Shown: piece by piece, positions 38,630 to 48,346 of the stretch | Layout of the letters: each line of letters begins with the position of its first letter | Numbering within the stretch: position 1 is the first letter of the stretch | Position numbers and translations under genes: made by a program | The notes under the pieces: generated by a model | What the model saw: only the letters and a program-made list of their open reading frames with translations | Database searches by the model: none | What the model was told of the DNA's origin: nothing | Origin: an uncultured Gammaproteobacteria bacterium | Lineage (GTDB): Bacteria; Patescibacteriota; Microgenomatia; Daviesbacterales; UBA10151 | Assembly (NCBI GenBank): GCA_964394855.1 | Contig: CAYMZD010000004.1 | Span: 8,316-72,315 of the forward strand | Length of the DNA stretch: 64,000 nt | Reading direction: 5' to 3'

Positions 38630-39913
38630 ATGCCATATGTAGCTGATTTACATATTCATTCCAGGTTTTCCCGGGCTTGTTCTCCTGCCTTAAATGTTCC
38701 CAATCTGGTGGAATGGGCCAAGTTAAAAGGGATTGACCTTTTAGCAACAGGGGATTTTCTACATCCTTTGTGGCTGACAGAGCTTAAAGCTAACTTAAAA
38801 GAAGATGGATCTGGGTTCATGACTCACAATTCCTCTGAAATAAAGTTTGTTTTATCTGTAGAGATTGCCTCAATTTATTCCCACCAAGGAAGAGTCAGAA
38901 GAGTTCATAACCTGATACTTTTGCCTAGTTTTGAGACAGCAGAAAAATTCCAAAAGGCACTTTTAACAAGGCATGCTACCTTAGCTTCAGACGGACGCCC
39001 AATAGTGGGTATATCTTCTAAGGAAATTCTATCCATGGCACTAGAGGTTTCAGAAAAAGCTTTGGTTATTCCAGCTCATGTCTGGACCCCTTGGTTTGGT
39101 ATTTTGGGATCTGAAAGTGGTTATGACTCTCTGTCTGATTGTTTTGAAGACTTGGTAGATAAAATTTATGCCATAGAGACGGGTTTATCTTCTGATCCAG
39201 CCATGAACTGGAGAATCTCCGAGCTTGATGGCCGCTCGATTGTGTCATCTTCTGATGCCCATTCTTTGCCCAATTTAGGCAGGGAGGCTACTGTGATAGA
39301 TGAAGATACAAATAAAGGTTTTGGGGGCCTTTGGGAGGCTCTAGCGCAACAAAAAATTACTACCACTATAGAATTTTATCCAGAGGAGGGAAAGTATCAT
39401 TTTACCGGGCATCGAAACTGTGGAGTAAGGTACAATCCAGAGGAGGAGAAACAAAACGGTGTAGTTTGTCCAAAATGTGGTAGGGGTTTAACTGTGGGGG
39501 TCATGAGCAGGGTGGAAGAGTTGGCTAATCGCCAACAACAAGAATTAAGAATTAAGAATCAAGGAGGAATAATAACAACAGAAATGTTTTCCAAAAGGCC
39601 GGGATACCAGATGCTGGTACCGCTTTTACAAATTATTGCAGAGGCCATGCACTCAACCCCTACAAGCCAAAAAGTTCTAAATGAGTACAAAAAGTTAACA
39701 CAAAATCTGGGAGGAGAAATAAAAGTTTTAACTAAAGTAGATTTGGCAGAAATTGCCAGATTAGTTGGACCTAAAATAGCAGAAGGTGTGGGCAGGATGA
39801 GGCAGGGGAAACTAGTAATTGACCCGGGATATGATGGAGTTTATGGCATAGTGAAAATTTGGCCGGATGGGGAGGAAATAATGGAAGCTCCCCAGTTGGG
39901 GCTGTTTGAATGA
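38630..39913 (+). CDS. PHP-domain protein, endonuclease Q-like
   Basis: N-terminal DLHIHSRFSRACS; C-terminal zinc finger CPKCGRGLTVGV. Confidence 0.5.
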   Translation: MPYVADLHIHSRFSRACSPALNVPNLVEWAKLKGIDLLATGDFLHPLWLTELKANLKEDGSGFMTHNSSEIKFVLSVEIASIYSHQGRVRRVHNLILLPSFETAEKFQKALLTRHATLASDGRPIVGISSKEILSMALEVSEKALVIPAHVWTPWFGILGSESGYDSLSDCFEDLVDKIYAIETGLSSDPAMNWRISELDGRSIVSSSDAHSLPNLGREATVIDEDTNKGFGGLWEALAQQKITTTIEFYPEEGKYHFTGHRNCGVRYNPEEEKQNGVVCPKCGRGLTVGVMSRVEELANRQQQELRIKNQGGIITTEMFSKRPGYQMLVPLLQIIAEAMHSTPTSQKVLNEYKKLTQNLGGEIKVLTKVDLAEIARLVGPKIAEGVGRMRQGKLVIDPGYDGVYGIVKIWPDGEEIMEAPQLGLFE

Positions 39914-40542
39914 AAATTTTTAAAGACCGATATGCTGCAGGACAAGTTTTAGCTAACAGATTAAAAGATATCAAAGCTGATTTAGTGCTAGGGATTCCCA
40001 GAGGTGGGGTGGTAGTGGCCTCTGCAGTGGCAGAATCTTTAAGGTTGCCTCTCGACATCGTAATTACCCGTAAAATTGGAGCTCCCACCCAGCCTGAACT
40101 AGCTTTGGGAGCAGTTGATCCGGACGGAGAAGTGGTGTGGGATAGTAAGCTGCTTTCGCAGCTCAAATTGACAATGTACAATGTACAATTAACAATTGAA
40201 GTTGAAAGACAAAAACAAGAAATAAAAAGAAGAGAGAATCTTTATAGGCACGAAAGGTCGGGCCTTGCGAAGCTGGTAAATGGGAAAACAGTCATATTGA
40301 TAGATGATGGTATGGCCACAGGATCCACAGTGGGAGCAGCTGTTAACTACTTAAAAAGGCATGGAGTGAAAAAGATTATTTTAGGCTTACCTGTTGCTTC
40401 CAAAGAGGCTTTAAAGAGGGTGGTTGAGGAATGTGAAGAGGTAGTTGTTTTGGATACTCCAGAATATTTCCAAGCTGTGGGACAGTTTTATCAGGAATTT
40501 CAACCCGTATCTGATTCAGAGGTGGTAAAATTACTGCAATGA
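39910..40542 (+). CDS. Phosphoribosyltransferase
   Basis: PRPP loop VILIDDGMATGSTV. Confidence 0.75.
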   Translation: MKIFKDRYAAGQVLANRLKDIKADLVLGIPRGGVVVASAVAESLRLPLDIVITRKIGAPTQPELALGAVDPDGEVVWDSKLLSQLKLTMYNVQLTIEVERQKQEIKRRENLYRHERSGLAKLVNGKTVILIDDGMATGSTVGAAVNYLKRHGVKKIILGLPVASKEALKRVVEECEEVVVLDTPEYFQAVGQFYQEFQPVSDSEVVKLLQ

Positions 40543-41114
40543 AATTAATAGTTGGTTTGGGTAATCCTGGGGAGAAGTATCAAAGTTCCAGGCATAATCT
40601 GGGATTTAGGGTAGTGGATGAGTTAGCAAAAAGAATTAAGCAGCAAGAATCAAGCTGGGAATATAAAGATAAATTAAAATCAGAAATTTTACAACTAAGC
40701 TTAATTCTTAATTCTTATAGCTTATCGCTGATTTTTGCCAAACCATTAACTTTTATGAATAATTCCGGTTTGGCTGTGAAATTGCTTACTACATACTACA
40801 AACTACCAGCTACTGATTTAATAATTATTTATGATGATTTGGATTTAAGGCTGGGGCAGATTAAAGTTAGAACAGGAGGGGCTGCTGCAGGACACCATGG
40901 GGTGGAATCAATTATCCAAGCTTTGGGAACTGACCAGTTTACCAGGGTTCGTTTGGGAATTGGTAATCAAAAATCCCATTCTGGGGAACACCAAAGAGTT
41001 CATTTTGATGCAGACAAATTTGTGATGGAGCCATTTGAGCCAGATGAAAAATCTCAAGTTAAACACATGATTAAACAGGTAGTTGACATATTGATGTCGG
41101 AACAGTTATTGTAA
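40539..41114 (+). CDS. pth: Peptidyl-tRNA hydrolase
   Basis: N-terminal MKLIVGLGNPGEKYQSSRHNLGF; motifs NNSG and GHHG. Confidence 0.9.
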   Translation: MKLIVGLGNPGEKYQSSRHNLGFRVVDELAKRIKQQESSWEYKDKLKSEILQLSLILNSYSLSLIFAKPLTFMNNSGLAVKLLTTYYKLPATDLIIIYDDLDLRLGQIKVRTGGAAAGHHGVESIIQALGTDQFTRVRLGIGNQKSHSGEHQRVHFDADKFVMEPFEPDEKSQVKHMIKQVVDILMSEQLL

Positions 41115-41120
41115 AAAGAC

Positions 41121-41864
41121 ATGAAATCACTTAATCCTTTATATTCCACTCCAGCGGCTATTTTAGTAGGATCTTTGATTGTGGCTGTGGCCATTTTAAC
41201 CAGTGGAGGTATTATTAAATTTGGTAAAGTAGCTAAGACTACCACACCAACAGCCCAGGCTCCCTCGCAACCTAGTCCGCCCACTGGCGGACAGGCCAAA
41301 ACCGAAGCTGATATTGTGGCAAATCTTAAAACTTATGCAAGTAAAGTAGGGCTTGACCAAAACAAATTCAATTCTTGTTTGGATTCGGGAGAGAAGGCAT
41401 CTTTGGTGAAGAAAGACTTGGATGAAGGAACAACTGCCGGAGTCAACGGTACCCCGGCTTTCTTTATCAATGGTAGGCTTTTGCCTGGAGCCCAGCCATT
41501 TACTTCATTTAAACAGGTGATTGATGAGGAACTCTCTGGCAGCGTGGCAGGAACAGTAACCAGACAAACTGTGGGAGTGGGAGATTTACCGGTTTTAGGT
41601 AGCGCCGCAGCCAAAGTAACTTTGATTGAATTTTCCGACTATCAGTGCCCGTTTTGCGAAAGGTACTTTACTCAAACAGAGGGTCAAATTAAAAAAGAAT
41701 ATATAGATACAGGTAAGGTCAAATTCTACTACAGAGATTATCCCCTGTCCCAAATTCATCCGGGAGCACAGAAAGCAGCCGAGGCAGCCAGATGTGCGGG
41801 GGACCAAGGCAAATATTGGGAATATCATGACCTCATTTTCCAAAACCAGCAAAACATTTTCTAA
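41121..41864 (+). CDS. DsbA-like thiol:disulfide oxidoreductase (membrane anchored)
   Basis: Active site CPFC; N-terminal TM helix. Confidence 0.8.
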   Translation: MKSLNPLYSTPAAILVGSLIVAVAILTSGGIIKFGKVAKTTTPTAQAPSQPSPPTGGQAKTEADIVANLKTYASKVGLDQNKFNSCLDSGEKASLVKKDLDEGTTAGVNGTPAFFINGRLLPGAQPFTSFKQVIDEELSGSVAGTVTRQTVGVGDLPVLGSAAAKVTLIEFSDYQCPFCERYFTQTEGQIKKEYIDTGKVKFYYRDYPLSQIHPGAQKAAEAARCAGDQGKYWEYHDLIFQNQQNIF

Positions 41865-41867
41865 TTT

Positions 41868-42410
41868 ATGAATAAATGGGTGATTGGTGGAATAGTTACT
41901 GCCTTGTTAGTAGCTTTTTTAGTGTGGCTTTTTAATGCTTCATCCAAGCCTTTGACGGGCACAAAACAAGCTGATTTGGGCAGAAAGCATGTGACATCTT
42001 TAGCCAGTCCCAGCGCTGATTTGGCAACATCAGGAGATCATTACGAGAACTGGATTCGGGCCGGAGTCTATGAAACCCCCCAAGATGATGGAAATTTAAT
42101 TCATTCTTTGGAACATGGGTATGTAGTGATGAGTTACAGATGTTCGGAACAACTCGGAAAAACTCAACAAGCCAGTGAATCAGCTTCTGAGTTTTCTGAA
42201 GAGTGTCGCCAAATAAAAGATCAACTAAAAGGAGTTTATGAGAAAAAAGGGAAAGATAAGCTAATAATAGTTCCCAGACCGCAAATGGATACAAAAATTA
42301 CTCTTTCTGCCTGGAATTATATGGATAAACTTGATTTATTCGATGAACAAAGAATAGAAAATTTTATTGATTCTCACCGTGATCAGGGTCCAGAAAAAAC
42401 CAAGGAATAA
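41868..42410 (+). CDS. DUF3105-like membrane-anchored protein
   Basis: HSLEHGYVV motif; N-terminal TM helix. Confidence 0.45.
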   Translation: MNKWVIGGIVTALLVAFLVWLFNASSKPLTGTKQADLGRKHVTSLASPSADLATSGDHYENWIRAGVYETPQDDGNLIHSLEHGYVVMSYRCSEQLGKTQQASESASEFSEECRQIKDQLKGVYEKKGKDKLIIVPRPQMDTKITLSAWNYMDKLDLFDEQRIENFIDSHRDQGPEKTKE

Positions 42411-42412
42411 AA

Positions 42413-43123
42413 TCACTTACCAAAGTTTCTTTTTTGGATTTGATACCAGGTAATGGCTTTCTTTAAATCTTCAGCTGCAAAATCAGGCCAAAGTTTATTA
42501 GTAAAATATAGTTCACTGTAAGCTGTCTGCCAAAGCAGAAAATTAGATAATCTAATTCTTCCTCCAGTCCGAATAACCAGTTCAGGATCAGGTTGACCAT
42601 TGGTATAAAGGTGCCTTTCCACTATTCTTTCATTGACTTTATCCAGTTCAACTCCTTCTTTAATGATGTCCTTAATGGTTTCCAGCAGCTCTTTTTTACC
42701 ACCATAATTTAAGGCAATATTAAGTTTAATAGATTCGTTTTTGATATAAGTTTTACGGATACGTTCAATAATACGTTTGATTGATTGTGGCAAGCCCTGC
42801 AGTTCTCCCAAGACATTCACCTTGACACCATTTTGCATCATTTTTTTCAACCTGGTTTGATAACCCTCTCGCATTAGGTTAAAAAGTCCCCAAACTTCTC
42901 TTTTGGCCCGTTCTTTAATATTTTCCGTGGAAAGAGCATAAACAGTCACATTTTTTACACCAAGTTTGGTTGCAGCCTCGACTATTTTTTCCAGAGTATC
43001 AGCTCCAGCCTCATGACCCTTGATATCAGCCTGATGGTGCTTGCGGGCCCAACGCCTATTCCCATCCATAATAATGGCGATATGTTGGGGTATATTTTTG
43101 TGATCCAGACCATTGGTTGACAT
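42413..43123 (-). CDS. uppS: Undecaprenyl-diphosphate synthase
   Basis: Motif HIAIIMDGNRRWA. Confidence 0.9.
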   Translation of the reverse strand: MSTNGLDHKNIPQHIAIIMDGNRRWARKHHQADIKGHEAGADTLEKIVEAATKLGVKNVTVYALSTENIKERAKREVWGLFNLMREGYQTRLKKMMQNGVKVNVLGELQGLPQSIKRIIERIRKTYIKNESIKLNIALNYGGKKELLETIKDIIKEGVELDKVNERIVERHLYTNGQPDPELVIRTGGRIRLSNFLLWQTAYSELYFTNKLWPDFAAEDLKKAITWYQIQKRNFGK

Positions 43124-43147
43124 AGCTTAAGTAGAAATTATAACAGA

Positions 43148-43951
43148 TTACTGAATTTCTGACCACTTTTGCAATGCATCGGCAAAGACGTTCCTTAAAA
43201 TGACCAGATATTTGGGTTCGTAATGAATTTTTTCCGCCGGTTGGGTATTGTCTGTTAGCTGGCGGCGGAATTTAATTGGTTTGGTAGAATCAAGGCTAAT
43301 TAAACTGCCATTGATTAGAAGTTGAGGGGCATTAATATTAGCAGCCGGGCAGCCTCCGGCTTCATAGGCAGTGCAAATTGTACCCTGGGAAATCAAAACT
43401 GCATCAATTCGATCAGCATCCTTACTGATATTAATATCACCCCCAACCACGAAAACTACTCCCGAATTTGGACCACCATAGGTGATATTTTGGTTAATAG
43501 ACAAATTTTCTTTAACAAATACTACTCCGGATTCTCCAGTTCCACTCAAATTAGCGTCAATGTTGAGGTTATTTGGGATAAAATATAGACGGTTTAAGCC
43601 TCCGGTCATGGGAATATTCGACTGGGTACAGGGATTACAGGTTAAAGCGGTTTTATTAAGTGGGGGATCGGAGGGATTGGCCTGGTCATAATAAATGGAT
43701 TTTAAATCATCATAAGTGGGCAGTTTATAAGAAACAAAGGCGGCCTGATCTGTTTCTTTAATACACACAGCCTGGCCATTCACAGTATTGCCAAATTTGG
43801 TAATAGTATCCTTAGCACTAACCAGCCCGGTGGCTCTATCACCAATTTGACAACTACTAGGTTGGGCAAGTATTTGAGAAACGGTTAAAAGAATAAAGAC
43901 TAATCCCCCCATCACAAATAATACATAATGCTTAATGCTAGTTTTTTTCAT
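43148..43951 (-). CDS. Secreted hypothetical protein (N-rich, beta-helix-like)
   Basis: Signal peptide; overlaps the upstream giant protein gene. Confidence 0.4.
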   Translation of the reverse strand: MKKTSIKHYVLFVMGGLVFILLTVSQILAQPSSCQIGDRATGLVSAKDTITKFGNTVNGQAVCIKETDQAAFVSYKLPTYDDLKSIYYDQANPSDPPLNKTALTCNPCTQSNIPMTGGLNRLYFIPNNLNIDANLSGTGESGVVFVKENLSINQNITYGGPNSGVVFVVGGDINISKDADRIDAVLISQGTICTAYEAGGCPAANINAPQLLINGSLISLDSTKPIKFRRQLTDNTQPAEKIHYEPKYLVILRNVFADALQKWSEIQ

Positions 43952-46281
43952 GGTCCTCCCGGAGTATTTATTCTGGTATTAGAATGAACATCACCACCAA
44001 TAGTTTGAATCCATGATTGGACAGGTAGGGTATAACTCCAGCGCAAAGAGGCCCTGGCATCACCCCCGTTTTCATAATAATCAATCTCCACTAAATGGAC
44101 TCCTGCTGTGGCAAAGCTGCGACTGAAAGATCTCTCAAAATAGCCCGTGTCTCTCCAATCATCTAACACAGTTACTCCATCAATTCTCACTCTCACTCCA
44201 TCATCTGCCCCGGCATAAAAGGTATAAGTACCTGCTTTAAAGGTGAAGTTTCCTCTCCATCTGGCAGAAAAGGTATCAGCTCCCACAAAGGAATTAGGCT
44301 GACCTGTTCCCCAATCTTGATTTAAGGCATAAATTGTATCAGGAACAGGGGAGGGTAAAGATACACCATCAGGTGCATTGCCATCAGGGGTATTAAAGTT
44401 CACCCCGTCCCATAAACAGCCTGTCAGCTGATTGGTACCAGGACTGGTGTTGGTACAAGGGGGAGGAGGAATTAAACCAAACCAGCGGTGTTCAGAAACG
44501 CCCGCTGTTAAATTAACAGTGATAGCAGCAGGTTTTATCCAGCCAGCTGGGGCAATAGGATCAACAGTATAACTGCCGGGAGGAATAGCTCCAGTATCAT
44601 AGTAAGGGTCAGGATTACAAAGATTGGGTAGTTTAGTGCCTGACCAAGGCCCGGCAAAGTTAACCCAAGCATTGTCGCTGGTATATCCTCCGCAGGCAGC
44701 AGCTGAATTTCTGATTAATTGTTCTCCTCCATCCCATACTCCATTGCCGTTATCATCCTTCCACAACCTACCCAAAATGTTACCTGGACAAAAAGGCGCG
44801 ATAAAACTGGGACCTACTGTATGCACAGAACCATTCCACAGCCTCCATTGGTAGGTAGTATTGGGATTTAAAGTTAGGCCAGGGTTAAATCCCGCAGGTG
44901 CAGCAGTGGAGGTTTGATTACTAACATTTTTATTGGAGTAGCTGGCAAAACCATTAGTGGAGATGTCAGCCCACAAGGTGGAGTTGGTATTGGTCCAGCT
45001 CAAGGTCACATTAAACGGACCGCTGGCACAGGCGGGAACTCCTGATACCTGTAAGTTAGAAGGAGTGATGTTTTGGGTGGTAAAGTTTTGGGTGGGCGTA
45101 CAAGAGTATCTTGATCGGCCACTTGGTTGAACAGTAAAAGCTAGATTATGTGTACCACTGGTACCGCTTGGGACACAGTTATAGATAAAAGTGGGCCAGG
45201 GATTGGTAATACCTCCCCAGCAATAGTCTGCAGTTGCGCCATCACGATATAGCGCTACATTTGGCCAACCGTTGGGATCAGAGATACCTGTCACACGAGC
45301 TTGAATGGTGGAACTGGGTGGGGGATTGGAATTGGATAAGTTCCAGGAAACACTGCAAGAGCCTGGAGGAGGGGGAGGAGCACTACAGGCCCCGCCACAG
45401 CTGGGATCAGTGGTGGTACCGGCAGCATCATCTCTAATACAAGAACCACTGCTACATCTGTATCTGGCCAGAGGAGCACTACAGGCCCCGCCACAGCTGG
45501 GATCAGTGGTGGTACCGGCAGCATCATCATGAATACAAAGAGAAACGTCACATCGATACCTGTGGGTATGGGAGTAACAGCTAGAAGATGGATCTGAAAT
45601 GGTACTGCAGCTGGTGGAGCATTGAGGATACTGATTAACTGTTGACCAGCCACTCCAGCCGCTCCATCCACCACAATCCGCATTACAGGTTCTGGTTCTT
45701 TGCTGTTGGGTAACTGTTTCAGAACAATAATTTTCTATGCCGGGACAACTCCCACCATTGATAGAAGAATTACAAGAAGTTAAATATTGTGTTTCAGTTT
45801 GAGTTTCTCCACGGGTACAAATACCACAAGCCGGTACTGTTGTGCAGTCATGACTAACGGTATTGACCTCACTTCGTCTAACACACTCACAACTTGAATT
45901 CCAGTAATAGAAATATTGGAAATTACAAACATTATTACCTTTAGGGTTGGGTGTCCATTGCTGGTAAACATTGTTGCAACACCAGTTGCCGCTAAAATTT
46001 GATTCCCGGCATTCAGTAAATGGTGTACATGAAGGAGGTGGTGGAGGTGGATCACAGGCGCTGTCGCGGATGTTACATGAATCCTCCCAACAATAACCAC
46101 TACCATCATCCCATTCATAAACCATTTTACTGTAATAGTCAGCGCAACATTCGGTATAGCTGGGAACACATGATTGAGCATCAACTGACTTAACACTGAA
46201 AAAGAAAAAAACAGTTAACCCCAAAAAGATAAAAATAGCAATTAAAGCTTTAGAAAGGTAGGGCATATACTCATCGTACAA
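43948..46281 (-). CDS. Large secreted Cys-rich surface protein with C-terminal PA14 domain
   Basis: PA14 motif FSARWRGNFTF...GADDGVRVRIDG; many Cys; internal duplicated block ...DDAAGTTTDPSCGGACSAP. Confidence 0.6.
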   Translation of the reverse strand: MYDEYMPYLSKALIAIFIFLGLTVFFFFSVKSVDAQSCVPSYTECCADYYSKMVYEWDDGSGYCWEDSCNIRDSACDPPPPPPSCTPFTECRESNFSGNWCCNNVYQQWTPNPKGNNVCNFQYFYYWNSSCECVRRSEVNTVSHDCTTVPACGICTRGETQTETQYLTSCNSSINGGSCPGIENYCSETVTQQQRTRTCNADCGGWSGWSGWSTVNQYPQCSTSCSTISDPSSSCYSHTHRYRCDVSLCIHDDAAGTTTDPSCGGACSAPLARYRCSSGSCIRDDAAGTTTDPSCGGACSAPPPPPGSCSVSWNLSNSNPPPSSTIQARVTGISDPNGWPNVALYRDGATADYCWGGITNPWPTFIYNCVPSGTSGTHNLAFTVQPSGRSRYSCTPTQNFTTQNITPSNLQVSGVPACASGPFNVTLSWTNTNSTLWADISTNGFASYSNKNVSNQTSTAAPAGFNPGLTLNPNTTYQWRLWNGSVHTVGPSFIAPFCPGNILGRLWKDDNGNGVWDGGEQLIRNSAAACGGYTSDNAWVNFAGPWSGTKLPNLCNPDPYYDTGAIPPGSYTVDPIAPAGWIKPAAITVNLTAGVSEHRWFGLIPPPPCTNTSPGTNQLTGCLWDGVNFNTPDGNAPDGVSLPSPVPDTIYALNQDWGTGQPNSFVGADTFSARWRGNFTFKAGTYTFYAGADDGVRVRIDGVTVLDDWRDTGYFERSFSRSFATAGVHLVEIDYYENGGDARASLRWSYTLPVQSWIQTIGGDVHSNTRINTPGGP
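45378..45569. repeat. In-frame tandem duplication (2 x 96 bp) inside the PA14 surface protein gene
   Basis: gagcactacaggccccgccacagctgggatcagtggtggtaccggcagcatcatc occurs at ~45378 and again at ~45474. Confidence 0.8.
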
Positions 46282-46314
46282 AGCCCTGCTTTCATTGTCA
46301 AATAAAATGATAGT

Positions 46315-47166
46315 TTATCTTGAAGCTTGAGGAGGTAGTTCACCTACATACTTTGCAAGGCGCTCTTTGACCATGGTTTCTCTAGTTGCATCTGTGTATA
46401 ATCCAGCCTTTTCATATGATCTAATAACGGCTTTCGTAAAAGTATCCGGGCCATTGCCCACAAATTTTAGTTTAAAAGGGATATTTTGGGCATCGCATAC
46501 AGAATCAGGAGGAATTATTAGTCTGCCTGAAATAGATCGTTGTTGTGGATCGTAGGTGGGATCAATAGAATCTCTAAATTGCCCTCGTTTAAAACCAGGC
46601 TTCAGGAAAGTTTCTAGGTTAAGACTAATCAGACCAGATCCATAATTCATCTTACCTGCTGAACACTTTAGCAGACCATTTAAATATGTAAATATGGCAC
46701 CCATCTTTTCATCCAAAGGGGTAGTCATAACCATATAACTTGTTTGTGTTCCGTCAGAAAATTCTCCTTCCCAGACACCATATTTGGGAAATGGGGATTC
46801 TATTTCAGGAGGTTTAGGTATAGCAGTTGGTTCTTTTGTAGCAGTGGCTGTGGGCTCCTGTTTTGGTTCAGGAGTGTCGGTAGGTTGTGGGGTATTGGTT
46901 GGTTCTAGCTTTGGAGTAGATGATTCAACTAATGGTTCAATAGGTTGTTCATTTGTTTGAGGGGCAATAGGAGGAGCACTATGTGAAGTGGCTTCTTTAG
47001 GAGGTTGTGGTGCACAGGCAGCCAAGATAGCAGCACCTACTGGAATTAAAAATCTTGGTAATCTTTTACCTAATGATTTAAACCACCCCGGTGAGACTGT
47101 TTTGTCCACCCCTTTTTTATATTCAGTTTCTGTCCCAGTATCAGTTGACATATGTTCTACTAACAT
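46315..47166 (-). CDS. Putative lipoprotein with P/T-rich linker
   Basis: Signal peptide with LAAC lipobox. Confidence 0.5.
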   Translation of the reverse strand: MLVEHMSTDTGTETEYKKGVDKTVSPGWFKSLGKRLPRFLIPVGAAILAACAPQPPKEATSHSAPPIAPQTNEQPIEPLVESSTPKLEPTNTPQPTDTPEPKQEPTATATKEPTAIPKPPEIESPFPKYGVWEGEFSDGTQTSYMVMTTPLDEKMGAIFTYLNGLLKCSAGKMNYGSGLISLNLETFLKPGFKRGQFRDSIDPTYDPQQRSISGRLIIPPDSVCDAQNIPFKLKFVGNGPDTFTKAVIRSYEKAGLYTDATRETMVKERLAKYVGELPPQASR

Positions 47167-47209
47167 ATACCTTATAGGATATCATAAAATTCAACTTGTG
47201 TCAAATTTA

Positions 47210-47767
47210 TTACTCAACAATATTAAAAGAACTACCAACAAGCTCATTTTTTCTATGGGGAAACACAAAAAAGTCACCATGTAATTTAGTGCTTAAGGGG
47301 ATTTTATCAACAGTAACCTCTGTAAACCGTTTGCCATCTTTATCTGGTATGGCTTCTGGCTTATAAAATTTTGTGCCGTAAATTTCTTTCGAGCTGCCTT
47401 GTACGAAAATAACTATCTTATTTCCTTTATCATCCGAGATAGTGATAGACCCTTCATCCTTGGCCACTAGAGTTCCTACAACTGATCCTCTCCATTCATA
47501 AACCAGGGGGTTTTTAAGGATATCAAAAGCTATGGGGGACTCACTTTCATCAAGAGTTTTTCCTGATAGGCTGGCTGATGGGGTGGAGGTGGGAGTAGCT
47601 GGCTGGAAGGGGTTAGCCAATAAGTTTAGCTTAATACCAAAGTAGTTTAATAAAAAAAGTTCCACTAAAGTTAAAATTACCACCATTACTAAAAGATAAA
47701 ATATTTTTTTACTATAAAAAGGGGAAGGGGACATTAAAATTTGAGGCTTGGGGATATTACCATTCAT
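47210..47767 (-). CDS. Membrane-anchored hypothetical protein
   Basis: Its N-terminus and promoter lie inside direct repeat A; TTGACA-N17-TGATAAT box 6 nt before the ATG. Confidence 0.5.
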   Translation of the reverse strand: MNGNIPKPQILMSPSPFYSKKIFYLLVMVVILTLVELFLLNYFGIKLNLLANPFQPATPTSTPSASLSGKTLDESESPIAFDILKNPLVYEWRGSVVGTLVAKDEGSITISDDKGNKIVIFVQGSSKEIYGTKFYKPEAIPDKDGKRFTEVTVDKIPLSTKLHGDFFVFPHRKNELVGSSFNIVE

Positions 47768-47809
47768 AATTTAATTATCAAATTTTTACGGTTTATTTGT
47801 CAAGTCAAG
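47695..47809. repeat. Direct repeat A (115 bp) bounding the AsnB-like/PqqD-like cassette
   Basis: Near-identical to 49963-50084 (3 mismatches and one 9-bp indel). Confidence 0.85.
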
Positions 47810-47869
47810 TTTGACTATTAAAGGATAAAGTGCTATAAAATATTCTTATCATAAGAGGAGGTGAGGTAT

Positions 47870-48019
47870 TTTGAACACAGCAATTAAAGAAATTACTACT
47901 AATGAAGTAATACGAACTGAACCGGACCAGCTTCCTAAGGCAGAGATAATAAAAAGAAAAAGAGGAGCTAGCATGAGAAAGTATAGCTATTATCCAGATG
48001 GGGCAATAACACTTTACTA
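47870..48019 (+). CDS. Candidate 49-aa precursor-like peptide (MNTAIKEITTNEVIRTEPDQLPKAEIIKRKRGASMRKYSYYPDGAITLY)
   Basis: TTG start 6 nt after the strong SD AAGAGGAGGTGAGG. A nested ATG (MRKYSYYPDGAITLY) also has the SD AAGAGGAG. Located immediately upstream of the PqqD-like gene. Coordinates may be off by 1. Confidence 0.3.
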
Positions 48020-48058
48020 GGTTTAAAGTCTAAAACTCTGTGATTTTATCGAAAGTTT

Positions 48059-48346
48059 ATGAACCAAAAATATTGGCTTAATCAGTATTGTGTCTTTTTT
48101 CATCCCAAGTTAGATCAACAAAATAATTTTAATACTATTGTTAGAAATCCCGGTGGCGATTTTATTAAAGTAAATAAAAGCGGTTATTTTATCTTAAAAG
48201 CCATTAATGATAATCCTGGAATAAGTTTAGAAGGTGTCGCTAAGCAGATAAGAGCTACTTTAGATACTTCACAAATGTCCCTTAAAAATATTGAGCAGTT
48301 TGTAAGTTCAATGATGATTGGCGGTGTGATTGAAATCAATGAATAA
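48059..48346 (+). CDS. PqqD-like RiPP recognition element protein
   Basis: Size 95 aa; GDFIKVNKSGYFILKAINDNPGISLEGVAKQI is typical of PqqD/RRE; overlaps the next gene. Confidence 0.6.
   Translation: MNQKYWLNQYCVFFHPKLDQQNNFNTIVRNPGGDFIKVNKSGYFILKAINDNPGISLEGVAKQIRATLDTSQMSLKNIEQFVSSMMIGGVIEINE

Noticed and set aside
45378-45569. Possible CRISPR array
   Set aside because: There are only two copies of a 96-bp unit with no spacer/repeat alternation, and both are in frame within a coding sequence. No cas genes are present in the window.
45291-45683. Minus-strand 130-aa and plus-strand 75-aa ORFs
   Set aside because: They are alternative-frame artefacts created by the 96-bp tandem repeat inside the PA14 protein gene.
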